Below, in pieces: positions 42,101 through 46,909 of a stretch of 59,349 bases of DNA; position 1 is the stretch's first letter, and each line of letters begins with the position of its first letter. The position numbers were made by a program, and so were the translations under genes. The notes under the pieces were generated by a model, which was given only the letters and a program-made list of their open reading frames with translations, had not been told where the DNA came from and searched no databases. The stretch comes from an uncultured Christensenellaceae bacterium (GTDB taxonomy: Bacteria; Bacillota; Clostridia; Christensenellales; UBA1242). The stretch lies in NCBI GenBank assembly GCA_910587225.1, contig CAJULT010000004.1:1-59349 (forward strand). Reading direction: 5' to 3'.

Positions 42101-43110
42101 ACGTAGTCATAATCTTTATAGCCTAACTGAAATCGCACCTTGTAAGTATCATTGACCTTTTTTAAACCTTTGACCTCGAAAATGTTATAATCCTCGCCTG
42201 AAGGGCCACTACTTGAAATTTGCAAAATGGAGAGTTCGTTTGATGGGCTATTTGCGTCTATCACTTGTCCATCGATAACGGGTTTAATATCTAAAGCGTT
42301 ATTTTTGTTTTTTGGCACAAAGATATAGGCTTTGTTTTTGTCTTCAATGTTAGGCACAAGATTCACCTCTGTAGCTTTACTTACGCCGCCCTCTATTGAT
42401 GTAATGCCATAGCCATACTGAAGTTTTAAGTTTTTCGAATCAATCGGATCAAGTACTCCAAAGGTGACTTCTTCAGTTTCAAGCCCACGATCGCCCTTAG
42501 CTTTTAAAGTGATTTTGCTTCCGTCATAATCCCCAGGAACAGTAATAACATTTCCATTTATTTTTATTCCTTCGGCATTGACATTATCGCCAAGCACCCA
42601 CTCAATATTTGTTCTTGAATTTTGATTTGGATAGATATTTAAAAGTTCGTTAATTTTAAGTGTATTGTCCTGACCTTTTACGAGGAATCTTTTTCTTAAG
42701 TCAGACGCATCACTCTTCCATTCAATCGCTGTCGCATTACTATAAACCGTAACCGGTACAGTAACACTAATGTTGTGGTCATAGTCGGCTGTAATGACAA
42801 CGTTTGCAGTTCCCTCTTCCTTACCTGCCGCCTTAATGGTAACCAAGTTTCTTCCATTAGCGCGATTATAAGTGTAGTCTTCCACAATGACCATGTTCGT
42901 GTTAGAAGAAGTAGCAGTTACTGTTCCGCCCGAGATTCCATTCACAACAACAGAAACAGTCGTGCTTTGTGACGACTCATCGTTTAAACAAATTTCCTTG
43001 TAGCTGTCGCCTATAATTTCAAGTGAAACATTAGGCTTGCCGCAAGCGGTAAAAATACCACCTCCAACCAGCAAGATACAACTTAGAATTCCTAGCCAGA
43101 ACTTTTTCAT
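24109..43110 (-). CDS. giant (6,333 aa) lipoprotein-anchored surface protein with Ig-like arrays, multiple GLUG-type beta-helix modules and a C-terminal Gly-rich domain
   Basis: Single uninterrupted ORF with a GAGGAGG Shine-Dalgarno. Signal peptide with lipobox MKKFWLGILSCILLVGGGIFTAC. Big_2-like domains (e.g. ATSSNTNMVIVED...VTIKAAGKEEGTANVVITA). Repeated module entries such as DYILMNDIDLENYDPISTQYIDSFDGNGYTI, followed by many xGG(I/L/V)VG rungs. Confidence 0.9.
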   Translation of the reverse strand: MKKFWLGILSCILLVGGGIFTACGKPNVSLEIIGDSYKEICLNDESSQSTTVSVVVNGISGGTVTATSSNTNMVIVEDYTYNRANGRNLVTIKAAGKEEGTANVVITADYDHNISVTVPVTVYSNATAIEWKSDASDLRKRFLVKGQDNTLKINELLNIYPNQNSRTNIEWVLGDNVNAEGIKINGNVITVPGDYDGSKITLKAKGDRGLETEEVTFGVLDPIDSKNLKLQYGYGITSIEGGVSKATEVNLVPNIEDKNKAYIFVPKNKNNALDIKPVIDGQVIDANSPSNELSILQISSSGPSGEDYNIFEVKGLKKVNDTYKVRFQLGYKDYDYVASSVEFNVICGLMVDEIEVRNENGALASVANNEIYTSYKNNLGAEYTVKFGPNNVENASGKYKIIVNYTSSSAKPENNILSFQYRKGNKPVEVSLTKSEDGIFTTTSEDLLPSGQTIYIKADSALQQFIKGIDVTFISYDNEDVRETFKVDVYRSTTSMDIEMEQGETGDVKLASHQTPTSVTKTFTLKGQSTINGLEVVAVDKNGNEVEPEGYSIGEIIPVSFAAGDNGQLPTVKFSVEFKLLDSAIGETIDGFYTIRHKNGLTFEKFYAVSIFLPLTDARVGVDTVLNNSVTNTPDSTNKIYLDSNGELIEKGDATSSVSDLLVRNGGFVALDFITNEKFGKHAEAKLSFAYYDIDDANLDVIDLRTIYKNSEDASGIISATTDGFTARKVGKTYLIVKFTGLGADGEKVTYVRFILVEVYEAPTSFTISTPRVEVYARGSVDDSSQTSQVVTITLGRTPISDFKLEDFTFYSNRLGPSVIGKVSNHVVVWTNNDGGEVNLPYYSITDVKPNANNTAISFIITGIDTYGEAFITDNYLTIAYHNTDKVDNIYLSEILSVKVISAKRIEKLVWEHGANEDLYFEIGSETKNQIIVLTSSPADAKNTHIDYIATDDKGALQEKEPFAATEVEGGAQVTLAATSGMNGYLYLFPKDAVNNGKIYYYYDENKQQKTDSFNRNDLALYYDILVDKGYFYSAGNKVEFKDVLVKIKVVVADGAKEEQAYRIYTDEQFREIATRGTNNFYRVMNNITLNNWTSFAEIGATGGIIGNDLSVTITLTGQTLVNENKGKIKDLTIAGNVTGKGFVANTNSGTIENVTVDVYVNNGTYSSSTLTATGVAGGIVGQNSGTLKNVAVLGATINGSSDVGGIVGQMDSGSIDGARFEIYNFEDEANTLTGTYVGGVVGMIQVNSTNPVSIKNIYAYDYAMTEGKSHITGSSNAGALIGFVGKNSDTGNLVITNSFAVVNKPTVVGAHNENVILKNGYLTFYNSGAIESVRFNHEGTQTDSEEAFDNSWVSKGDDFDESINFKKPYLKDFHQELPLSDVSGYMLGGDKGEVVNNRGLYHAVRAEGEENGVLFFYQVSDLDKYVMQQNDPQAARELDGLNIINLKDLLGIDDKAAAKLVITAVSKNNAVSVNGNNVIINRTGSATFTLSSKYDYTNTKTIEVQVVNALSKLIATRSVASGSVNIAGGATAQLQRGKSMSVTYSFENAAIVLGTRGGRYTLLTNDYTLSHTGVKTDTDTNAIAHSEIARNIHSFKSSADTSENNSITATVEITGLVGEYKNAISEKFTLKYNINVFNGALTVGASHENVSITPMTSVTINATLVTTDKDDTITPVVELKNGDSYDELKVEGGYVYLNNEPVLEYVKNGGEAGSLVGGKYTKEYSITFSVAEAHKALVSKMEEYRIKLVSDSEVSSNAINLTVNKQDFKDVDFENFKIENSYVANTTIEGKYRTVYVADQTSKISVLAPGSSSILKVHVSPKYAYYDSFTLTYLDNTTVATAVAIDFMQYDEEKGYFYSDSKATVSREPNGIRVRNNNHSEDLYFKIFINKDITSDPNNPTDLLIKFNLSFFDSSQTDAVKKASFPLLVSYFTQPRILVNGSSTAMLANGEEAEIQVIVPSEYDVDINTVTKTGALRGITIGNDAGEPTWFEEVNPNNGLKTYTSKLRATVLAQAAGGKFELSITTRRVLNGTAESKTATAVVSLVKFNPDIKNVKVRDGEDDIFTAYLDVNRPLQFDTPIRPESYTYDANDAESLNAVKEIKDAIEDFRSKDSYIDNDNKFYINYNYNDREPDDKKYTARSLYSRLSYYSTVDDNWRSLPAIETGKGTSSFTYGGYLKITVDNEGKSILISGTKLTSEPLRFKLSSNVYAGGEVFESDYYFSVQVAAYSTEEAPLIVQDQARFEAMKEPNLRKQDYILMNDIDLENYDPISTQYIDSFDGNGYTINIKSFKDYSNSSSVTLALFNKVFEHTTIKNVRVNIYHAGQITINTSKFPTMSIRVAGFAISNEGVITNCEVVAFKPNENDITVAKPGINVRFVNSNGASGETSIIGTSIQSEIAGFVLDNSGSVTNSRVGGDSIKIYGQVEKDEEGNPTGRVKASDLSLPTFNIHGQGNIAGFALANGKNIASSFVKNVGISNVSSDSAYYAAGFVGSNNGTIVASYVEGAKELNPKDAYCRLGSSIISKMGTSVGFVYENKQGKTIKDCYSNILIANDEIGQSSQLASGFVYINDGALTNCLSLSQVAALKYSQMNFSGLNERGDLTSTIGTYTNCYYYSIDDMSDSLPTEEQYSTGAIQLKELDDVNYFYGFSFASGDSGLDGVWRYDLGNKIITLVEPNYETYANRYYKSDANDEEKYTVLPSIIEYGNRKPIEARYGSKDNPILIRTALEFTDVTGNSQFNSIKDGNFTDDEIKGTYRVVNDLEFSELTSDTTLTAQLPSSKKAFSGILFGNGFTFKDISISLPDEEINKDLAAAYGVFASIENGIVLNLNLTVKQVVNNEACFVGALAGFVKGNSENGGRRASLANINVSFNDNASVVGLNMVGGLVGGVLGDVKIKNDEVTNPNVVAARYVVGDATKLISEAQVGKLRESLYSRLKSSIITASDKNFIRGQLEDHSFAGGVIGYADIFTSEEVDIHYFSYVSEMKVSNYDITKLRVSGTATVRGHVAGGVVGLTGFQTDVKDAGLILLGTTTSHITATRLYAGGVIGQSFGALTQLFSQYDATTQKDIENNIGNYYSGSADKRGNTDIFVSTDLNDKQEAIGGLVGFVGSGHISISYSKLNVVSLSAGYAGGLIGHINASGAVPYSAGESAVSYLRLHEVYATGDVRAKTAVGAAGGIVGRMESRTAFEAVNQANFFSFTDYEKGGRLENVTKDTFTNLKVYSVVGSLDDVDLAVFTQIKEKSSDETTTRAADNEAWQSTVGTVKKYKSTEENILMFPAESGTVKKQGIHQTFDMPDITEFKQASEYSELTHAAFLARDFWLADDWYHPSEYLYPSIRFSIAANSYIYLDAYSSSIEKVFRAVKKNPKIEIRVRGKIDEVIDGYSDINLAKYLAQEGHDPIEKFAGKIVGVLEDNKVNGERYPRVILDRPLISQANSVNISNVTFLFEKQGSGSKADLFGQANNAGALINESYSQGRVSEVTFEIADGIQLQGSGGKGANVGLLAPTIESVSISGLHIKYTGDAPNAILTAQNATNVGLVSGTAAQRRSDGTMVLYGIDVTRTEAADDGAFIKVTSTDKEAQYVGGYFGLLQRDDDATAEIRLQLDEFKNGTSQSDPTKAFKAKYSIDGSESSNTYIGGYVGNVKALDSIAVSSEAHADFDFAISSTINGKLYAGGFFGQLGGNAGGAQNLSGAKGNVFSTNVRVQNPVKGDACLGGIAGENSVEFSLNNIQAELSTSGWETKSDGKNKLAEAGKKGNGALSREDAGYTFYPLTATTVYAGSYFGDTTANTTISTSGENNNIISTGDIVVAASGDINVGGLVGRASNSLTINGDIKYKGIISVGDYTSTTTTKTKAKTAKDDTKVINAGGFVGNYEIADYNKDGSTSNQPETINGKLEIRMSNVAESGFGGQIYTQSTKDFNGAGIVGNISIGDNSNQTITISNTSFSGAIKVLSSPKATIGGTIGRTSSNSTITPEVTKNYNYGDVFVYNQLANGSCYGGLIGQGVANEVGSSTNSNNKSIATNYILTTLHDEKPLVANIDNMNAVIGVNRTGIPTTNYYNHSVCLLTDDCATDTGFATAYNTSDRFGYGDYYINTTMQSKFKGVNLVNINENDNGDGTKLNPSKITTSGLTTFEDKVEHSTNGITYYIPKTDNGTFTLDQNKSFGNLNNVAIIGDANTLSYTNKNEDKNDNHEINLISNMTNFSSVSGLTVDANILEEHVRSTSSYVGGLAKQMTNGQIFAVGVTGKIEVGGTVQAKIGGLVGYAAGGYINNCYTDVTIETRSGNLDTETQEDRRPGGMAAAITIGVKEVLIANSYAVGSVKSYLHTQLDAFAINATVRNCYTATTLDANDYQNAVPQVANSVFWSCDSDQKVNDATFSGFYDRYAVIPKDTSNNSGVDKTTDQIIKLQDSTDIHNWEANPIFNSGYPVHKGFYYLRQTSYMKRDKIDEARSTYCHDSDGNPTNYTSGDKQDKPSEEIVYYDYNKVPVSELAAELDLTSGRFILADGIDAYYYRIPNAGVYARLGDKKFDGYQVSNFLLTNDLELDYLGTNEKTCEQFSGDLDGDGHRIYHANTTLFHSVSGGLRNFDVLDAKIENGSAIVANTVGGDTNFSNITLGGTLGKTSLVNGYVGNGTGNDNADNKFEYNVGALLGSSDNKDGHIVNLFSITNNTAITVTNSSASGVGGIVGSVTNGSMNYCVNNAPIVLENITFGGRTTITAVGGLIGHIGGNTNPFEIKYSYNTNAILAGYADTTKRSNRVGGILGANGANESEFNISYCYNAGMIKAGNKNVTSQSYAGGIVGQLNKGGSISNSINEGAVEAAAQNGTFEQKLSYDYYFDDYDYSENINSPKVIKGLGTTGWGAITQKTGLYYKNNSIYNGVNEDAKEKRNFDTSGYKFFIEQTSKKNVYASGICGYVQEGQVYNNYNYNYDIINNGSAFLNGKVVYEGKINLSEYNKGMSTGNWHADSAPWGAPHHSYTKHMLQSQYLLMMNLMENSALRETIDETYFSPQYSYLEINYKDLKHVNGSYPSHKKYNTDEYNSGLDKMYATAWDNYGCPVGGYLQTAIALLNSDIGSHDRVPNGNGGYDDGTLYANMWRDLWGGWEYVYDFYENWNCGTTDSYYQDLAKSTYGKTTNSNEELLKKIIGSTNANSKQDESKNYIKIAGEAYYLTNGSAESILENFEKGTSYQAEIEFDCPAYDPNEWNLQDFTITCEDAEVRIQGFSAQGATLKFELRIIPENKQFDPNKAAIKVDYSHTKEHEIILRDENFGLHYDKYSDGKILIYLHNIEHKINAIPQDNYITAITTDNDGKEIEIPVIEFTLTQKGNSRTVYLGYSKDKNCLMYIPKLQSERGILNVFENDYKLDIKDFDDATISTKYKYEGTHSFTTTIASAPLTNPNAPANSATFSGNNASGSGYIEVGTATTGYGNKSAIDKNGLSYEIDLKDVTGSALIVVYGDHDEIEAVLGSYENGKFDFADYGLPDNWRYEPYGFLDENLQWVPCVQEWTYAASKHVHMTLFGYSKEKTLIMSGALSEDGTGAEFAKELINKYYNRIAIIKQTSSCSIPEFTLDRKLSFETEISKITAERVITADTKNPNIQAEISGASWATSVVIRPKLNDSNVGLAKIGDKYVAYTRDGKSYARQTFILTVNIGDKVNVNVVSKNAYDDSKYDILENINGVIYSRKGNEELNLDLNISDTISCASSFGSKIIVLKDTPDYDNEDHLELSKDSKTDGIIINAAIVGENIKFTINIDGSYYKEWLDGNIEKSFDVKIEDSNTVWYYKDILLATMDASGNKTIHTHSVVSVDGQTITFNDGDFIAGEIVIEKEERNDEIIYYLKNYTGKELEVSVSDIEASYEKEIDVSLPNTEEDDVMQWYEPSKNPVKPNIEGPEIYGIEKPKYIQEGNDTYILSETWKGTPELTIHIEDNTSVTTTGVILNRNINLGILTGSNTIVASNNVYGNGYTLSYVSRNNTVNIFNSLFRKINGDFSDIKVVGVLDASRYRAIKHTRPITGGFQYVDFLGNVIIKKPQFDIWYEYKNYNYSILAENASGTLYKVNTFGSINGVTAGNKASGVMVTLSSGTVQNITNYASIYEKDRSANSSDINVFDIYVAAEKENNKLVANASALKNEAVLMAGNGERAKWRGAAGISGGGITLQSNDKSGYAFVGVGGSGGAGKDGANAENIVTPDELQNVWDKYNGSGWINMEARVENVQKKLNERKWTNKLPKPNENVVPMKGSNGQVNNENSGTFRALSSQNGAKGNNGFALITIGAFVKDRWSGFQDADIRLTFSNGKLVWECHEEAWINFLKTMQATVAACNAYMKR

Positions 43111-43159
43111 AATTCCTCCTCGTTTGCACTAAATGCAAAATGAAATTATCCTTGTAAAA

Positions 43160-43188
43160 ATTATAATAACAGCTGCGAAAATTGTCAA
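43160..43188 (-). promoter_or_regulatory. perfect consensus sigma-A promoter TTGACA-17-TATAAT for the giant gene
   Basis: On the minus strand, TTGACA is at 43188-43183, the 17-nt spacer at 43182-43166, and TATAAT at 43165-43160, about 50 nt upstream of the ATG at 43110. Confidence 0.75.
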
Positions 43189-43333
43189 ATAAATTGCGGC
43201 AAAATTATGTATAATTAATAATTATTATTATTTAAAAAATAAAATTTATTTAGTTTATTTTTAATTAATTTTAATTACGAAAAAATGTTTTATTTTGATT
43301 TATTTTTTTATTTTTTAATTATTTAATTTTTTC

Positions 43334-43362
43334 TTGCTTTTTTACCTACTTTTTGGTATATT
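43334..43362 (+). promoter_or_regulatory. sigma-A promoter TTGCTT-17-TATATT with an extended -10 (TGG)
   Basis: TTGCTT at 43334-43339, 17-nt spacer ending in TGG, TATATT at 43357-43362, 22 nt before the ATG at 43385. Confidence 0.55.
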
Positions 43363-43384
43363 TTTTGTTAATAAAGAGGCTTAT

Positions 43385-44092
43385 ATGCAAAAAATTTTAT
43401 CACTTATGCGCAAGGCATGCAACGATTACAACCTTATTGAAGATGGCGATAAAATAGCCGTGGGCGTTTCGGGCGGAAAAGATAGCCTGCTTTTGTTGGC
43501 TGCGCTCGCTGCTTACAGGCGCTTTTGCCCTCAAAAATATACACTTGTAGCAATTTCAGTTGACCTGTCAAACGGAAAAATGGATTATAGCGAAATTGAA
43601 AAATATTGTGAAAAACTAAATGTTCCCTTCAAGCTTGTCCCATCAAATGTCTTTGAAGTGGTGTTTGACACTAGAAAAGAACAAAATCCTTGCAGTTTAT
43701 GCGCTAATATGCGCCGCGGACTTCTAAATACTGCCGCTAAAGAACTAGGCTGCAATAAAGTAGCCTTAGGGCATCATAAAGACGACCTTGTGGAAACATT
43801 TATTATGTCACTTTTCTTTGAAGGCAGACTTTCAACCTTTAAGCCAAAGACCTATCTTTCAAAAACAGACCTTAATGTGATAAGACCACTTATCTATTGC
43901 GAAGAAAAAGATATTGTTTCTTTTAGTGAAAAATTGCCAGTTTTGCATAACATTTGCCCTGTCGACCACAAATCACAGCGCGAAAATGCAAAAATATTTT
44001 TAAAAGAAATTGATAAAAAATATAATGACGCTAAAAATAAAATATTTAATGCAATAATTCACACGGAAAGATACAATTTATTTGATAAATAA
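43385..44092 (+). CDS. ttcA: TtcA-family PP-loop ATPase (tRNA 2-thiocytidine biosynthesis-like)
   Basis: VGVSGGKDSLLL PP-loop, CSLCANMRRG, GHHKDD. The start is set at MQKILSLMRKA (43385) with an AAGAGG Shine-Dalgarno. The ORF-track extension upstream is AT-rich and hydrophobic junk. Confidence 0.8.
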   Translation: MQKILSLMRKACNDYNLIEDGDKIAVGVSGGKDSLLLLAALAAYRRFCPQKYTLVAISVDLSNGKMDYSEIEKYCEKLNVPFKLVPSNVFEVVFDTRKEQNPCSLCANMRRGLLNTAAKELGCNKVALGHHKDDLVETFIMSLFFEGRLSTFKPKTYLSKTDLNVIRPLIYCEEKDIVSFSEKLPVLHNICPVDHKSQRENAKIFLKEIDKKYNDAKNKIFNAIIHTERYNLFDK

Positions 44093-44168
44093 AATAATTA
44101 ATCAAAAAATAGCAAAAAATAATAAAAAAATCGAAAAATAATTCGATTTTTTTAATTTTTAATTAATT

Positions 44169-44912
44169 TTAATTATTTTTTAAGCAATTTTTTTGCAGTT
44201 TATTTATTGTGTCTTTTTGACTTCTTAGACTGCTTCCAATTATTATAAGTTGACGGTCAATGTTTTGCACATTTACAACTCTTTGAAGCTCGACATTTAA
44301 CCTTATCATTATATCAAGATAATCTTCGGTCACTTCAAGGCCAGAGCAATAGTTTTGACCAAGCGACGGAGCTGTCATATCCTGCATAGGTGGCAATGCG
44401 TTTCCACTTAAAGACAAATATATATTTAGAAGTGCGAATTGAATAAGCAGGTTCTCACGTATTAAGCCATCTACTTCATCAGTTTTATTGATGTCATTCA
44501 ACCCCTGGTAGAGCCCGTGCAAAATCCGCGTGCTATTATATAAATCACGACTAAGCCTAACAGCCCCAACTGGGTTTGTGGGACTACTGGGAGTTGAGGG
44601 GCTACTGGGAGTAGAGGGATTTGGGTTTGTCACTTCATTTTGAGGCGGCCGCACAGTAGGTTGGGTTGGCTGCGGAGCTGGTGACGACGGCGCTGGGGTT
44701 GGCTGCTCAACATAAGCACGAGATTGACTTAACGACTCCGCTGTTTCACTGAATTCCTGTTCATCAGTTCGTTTTGCTGGATTTTTTCGTGCAAAAAGTG
44801 ATAATAACCCCCTATTTTGTCTTCCTTGTTGCTGCGGCGCGCTTTCAACCACAACATAAGTTTCTGTTATGGGGTCAAATTTTAACGAATAACTTTTCGA
44901 TAGATTGTTCAT
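44169..44912 (-). CDS. hypothetical protein with a central Pro/Ser/Thr-rich linker
   Basis: 247-aa ORF with an AAGGAGAG Shine-Dalgarno. The linker reads PTPAPSSPAPQPTQPTVRPP...STPSSPSTPSSPTNP, and a helical C-terminal domain follows. Confidence 0.6.
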   Translation of the reverse strand: MNNLSKSYSLKFDPITETYVVVESAPQQQGRQNRGLLSLFARKNPAKRTDEQEFSETAESLSQSRAYVEQPTPAPSSPAPQPTQPTVRPPQNEVTNPNPSTPSSPSTPSSPTNPVGAVRLSRDLYNSTRILHGLYQGLNDINKTDEVDGLIRENLLIQFALLNIYLSLSGNALPPMQDMTAPSLGQNYCSGLEVTEDYLDIMIRLNVELQRVVNVQNIDRQLIIIGSSLRSQKDTINKLQKNCLKNN

Positions 44913-44988
44913 ATTCTCTCCTTACATTGTTATATATGTCGAAGGCGAAAATATGGTTAAAAAAATTACAAAGCTATTAAATATAGAT

Positions 44989-45017
44989 TTGACAAAAGGA
45001 TAAATATGTAATATACT
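44989..45017 (+). promoter_or_regulatory. sigma-A promoter TTGACA-17-TATACT for tRNA-Leu(TAG)
   Basis: TTGACA at 44989-44994, 17-nt spacer, TATACT at 45012-45017. The tRNA starts 11 nt later. Confidence 0.75.
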
Positions 45018-45028
45018 AATGCTAGTAT

Positions 45029-45110
<82 letters not shown>

Positions 45111-45111
<1 letters not shown>

Positions 45112-45133
45112 ACAGGCTTCGCCTGTTTTTTTT
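45111..45133 (+). terminator. rho-independent terminator after the tRNA
   Basis: AACAGGC-TTC-GCCTGTT stem-loop followed by TTTTTT. Confidence 0.75.
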
Positions 45134-45168
45134 AATTACTTATAAAAAAAACGGCAGTCTGCCGTTTT

Positions 45169-46065
45169 TTATTTATCTATTACATTATTGACAAATTCCA
45201 AAATGTCATTATATACGATCTGATTGTTTACCTCATTTAATATTTCATGGCGCATGCCTTCATAAAGCTTTAATTTTGCATTAAGGCCATGCTTTTTATA
45301 ACACTTATAGAGTTTTGTAGTACTTTTGCCCATTTTGCCAACCGGGTCATCCTTGCCGCTTATAATCAAAATTGGCATAGCCTTATCAATTTTTTCAAGA
45401 TTTTTCTTTTTATAAAGTTTGTATGTATTTGAAAACATTGAACAATAAAAGTTTGCACAAAGTGGTTGTCCGCAAAGCGGATCGGCTTCATATTTTTCGA
45501 CAGACTTAGGGTTTGCGCAAATCCAACTGCCACTCCCCACCTGTTTATTATAGCCACCATAAACAATTTTTTCGATAGCTTTTGCCGTTGCTTCCCCACC
45601 CTTAAAACTTCGAGTCAGCTTTGCAACTATTCCGCCAAGCAAAACATCAAAACGCTTCATATAAGCGCTTCCGCAAAGGATTGCTCCGCTTTCTTTGTCA
45701 TAACGCTGCAAATAACCCTGCACAACAAAAGAACCATAAGAATGACCCATTATAATCAGCGGCTTATTAAATTTATCAATAAGCATATCCGAAATCATGC
45801 ACTGGTCTTGAACCATCACAGGATATATATCACGAATTTTTGTTTTACTTAAATTTTCGCCTGCGGTTTCCCCATGCAATCTTTGGTCACAGGTAAAAAC
45901 TAAGTAACCGTTTTTGTTTAAAAACTTTGCAAAGTCAGAATATCTTTTTCCATGCTCTTCAAGCCCATGGACAATTTGAACTATTCCCTTAATTTCGCCC
46001 TCTGGCGCAAACTCATAACATTTGATAATTTCGCCATCAAAGCTCTGAAAATCCACCTTTTTCAT
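45169..46065 (-). CDS. alpha/beta hydrolase (lysophospholipase / monoacylglycerol lipase-like)
   Basis: GHSYGS nucleophile elbow, VHGLEEHGKRY, and a C-terminal H in MRHEILNE. GGAGGG Shine-Dalgarno. The AACGGCAGTCTGCCGTT terminator overlaps the stop. Confidence 0.75.
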   Translation of the reverse strand: MKKVDFQSFDGEIIKCYEFAPEGEIKGIVQIVHGLEEHGKRYSDFAKFLNKNGYLVFTCDQRLHGETAGENLSKTKIRDIYPVMVQDQCMISDMLIDKFNKPLIIMGHSYGSFVVQGYLQRYDKESGAILCGSAYMKRFDVLLGGIVAKLTRSFKGGEATAKAIEKIVYGGYNKQVGSGSWICANPKSVEKYEADPLCGQPLCANFYCSMFSNTYKLYKKKNLEKIDKAMPILIISGKDDPVGKMGKSTTKLYKCYKKHGLNAKLKLYEGMRHEILNEVNNQIVYNDILEFVNNVIDK

Positions 46066-46169
46066 AATCCCTCCACATATATTTTATCACTATTTTGACA
46101 AATTTACTAATTAATTGTCCTTTTTGTATAAAATAATCAACATTTCACACATTAACTATGGAGAATAAT

Positions 46170-46862
46170 ATGTTTGGAATAGACGGCATTTATTGGGTAC
46201 TTATAAACTCAGTTGTATCATTTATATATCTTTTTATCATAGCTAAACTACTAGGAAAGAAGCAAATTGCACAACTAGAATTTATCGACTATGCGGTAGG
46301 AATTAGTCTTGGCTCAATAGCTGCCGAAATGGCAACTGATGACAATAATCCATTTTACTATTACTTGATAGCCATGACGCTATACTTTTTGTTTGCATTA
46401 TTCGTTGCATTAATAGGTCGCAAAGGTGCAATATTCAAACGCATATTCAAAGGTCACCCTTCAATGATTATTTACGAGGGAAAACTAGACTATAAACAGA
46501 TTAAAAAATGCAAAATTGATGTCAACGACGTACTCTCAATGCTACGAGAACAAGGCTACTTTGACATAACCTCAGTCGCCTATGCCGTGCTAGAAACAAG
46601 CGGAAAACTTTCAGTACTTCCAGTTTCCGCGCAGCGACCAGTTGTTCTTAGTGACCTTGACAAAAAAGAATCGCCTTCTACTATAACCAACTATCTCATT
46701 ATTGACGGAAATATTTCAGGGTCAGGACTAAGCCAAGCAGGAAAAGACCAAGAATGGCTTTTCAAAAAACTCAAAATAAAGAGTAAGAAAGAACTTAAAA
46801 ATATCTTGCTCTGCTCCTACGACAGCCAAAAAGACAGGTTTGATATACACAGAAAAGTTTAG
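46170..46862 (+). CDS. YetF/DUF421-family membrane protein
   Basis: N-terminal TM helices with LLGKKQIAQLEFIDYAVGISLGSIAA and a C-terminal soluble domain (LREQGYFDITSVAYAVLETSGKLSV). The start at 46170 has GGAG 6 nt upstream. The alternative ATG is at 46158. Confidence 0.65.
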   Translation: MFGIDGIYWVLINSVVSFIYLFIIAKLLGKKQIAQLEFIDYAVGISLGSIAAEMATDDNNPFYYYLIAMTLYFLFALFVALIGRKGAIFKRIFKGHPSMIIYEGKLDYKQIKKCKIDVNDVLSMLREQGYFDITSVAYAVLETSGKLSVLPVSAQRPVVLSDLDKKESPSTITNYLIIDGNISGSGLSQAGKDQEWLFKKLKIKSKKELKNILLCSYDSQKDRFDIHRKV

Positions 46863-46881
46863 TTAGCTGCGAAAGCAATAC

Positions 46882-46908
46882 AAAAAACTTGGCACAAGCC
46901 AAGTTTTA
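46882..46908. terminator. bidirectional rho-independent terminator
   Basis: ACTTGGC-ACAA-GCCAAGT perfect 7-bp stem, flanked by an A-run and a T-run. It lies between convergent genes. Confidence 0.75.
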
Positions 46909-46909
46909 T

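Noticed and set aside
24989-42972. About 25 ORF-track ORFs of 60-157 aa inside or antisense to the giant gene (e.g. 30520-30993, 34346-34780, 36917-37243)
   Set aside because: All are nested in a continuous 19-kb frame with coherent domain repeats. They have skewed, low-complexity composition and no Shine-Dalgarno sequences. They are typical frame-shadow ORFs of a long AT-rich gene.
43111-43384. Extremely AT-rich 274-bp region with many TTAATT/TTTATT words; checked for a CRISPR-like or tandem-repeat array
   Set aside because: There is no regular repeat-spacer periodicity and no unit longer than the single 21-mer reported separately. It is best explained as a low-complexity divergent promoter region containing the two promoters listed.
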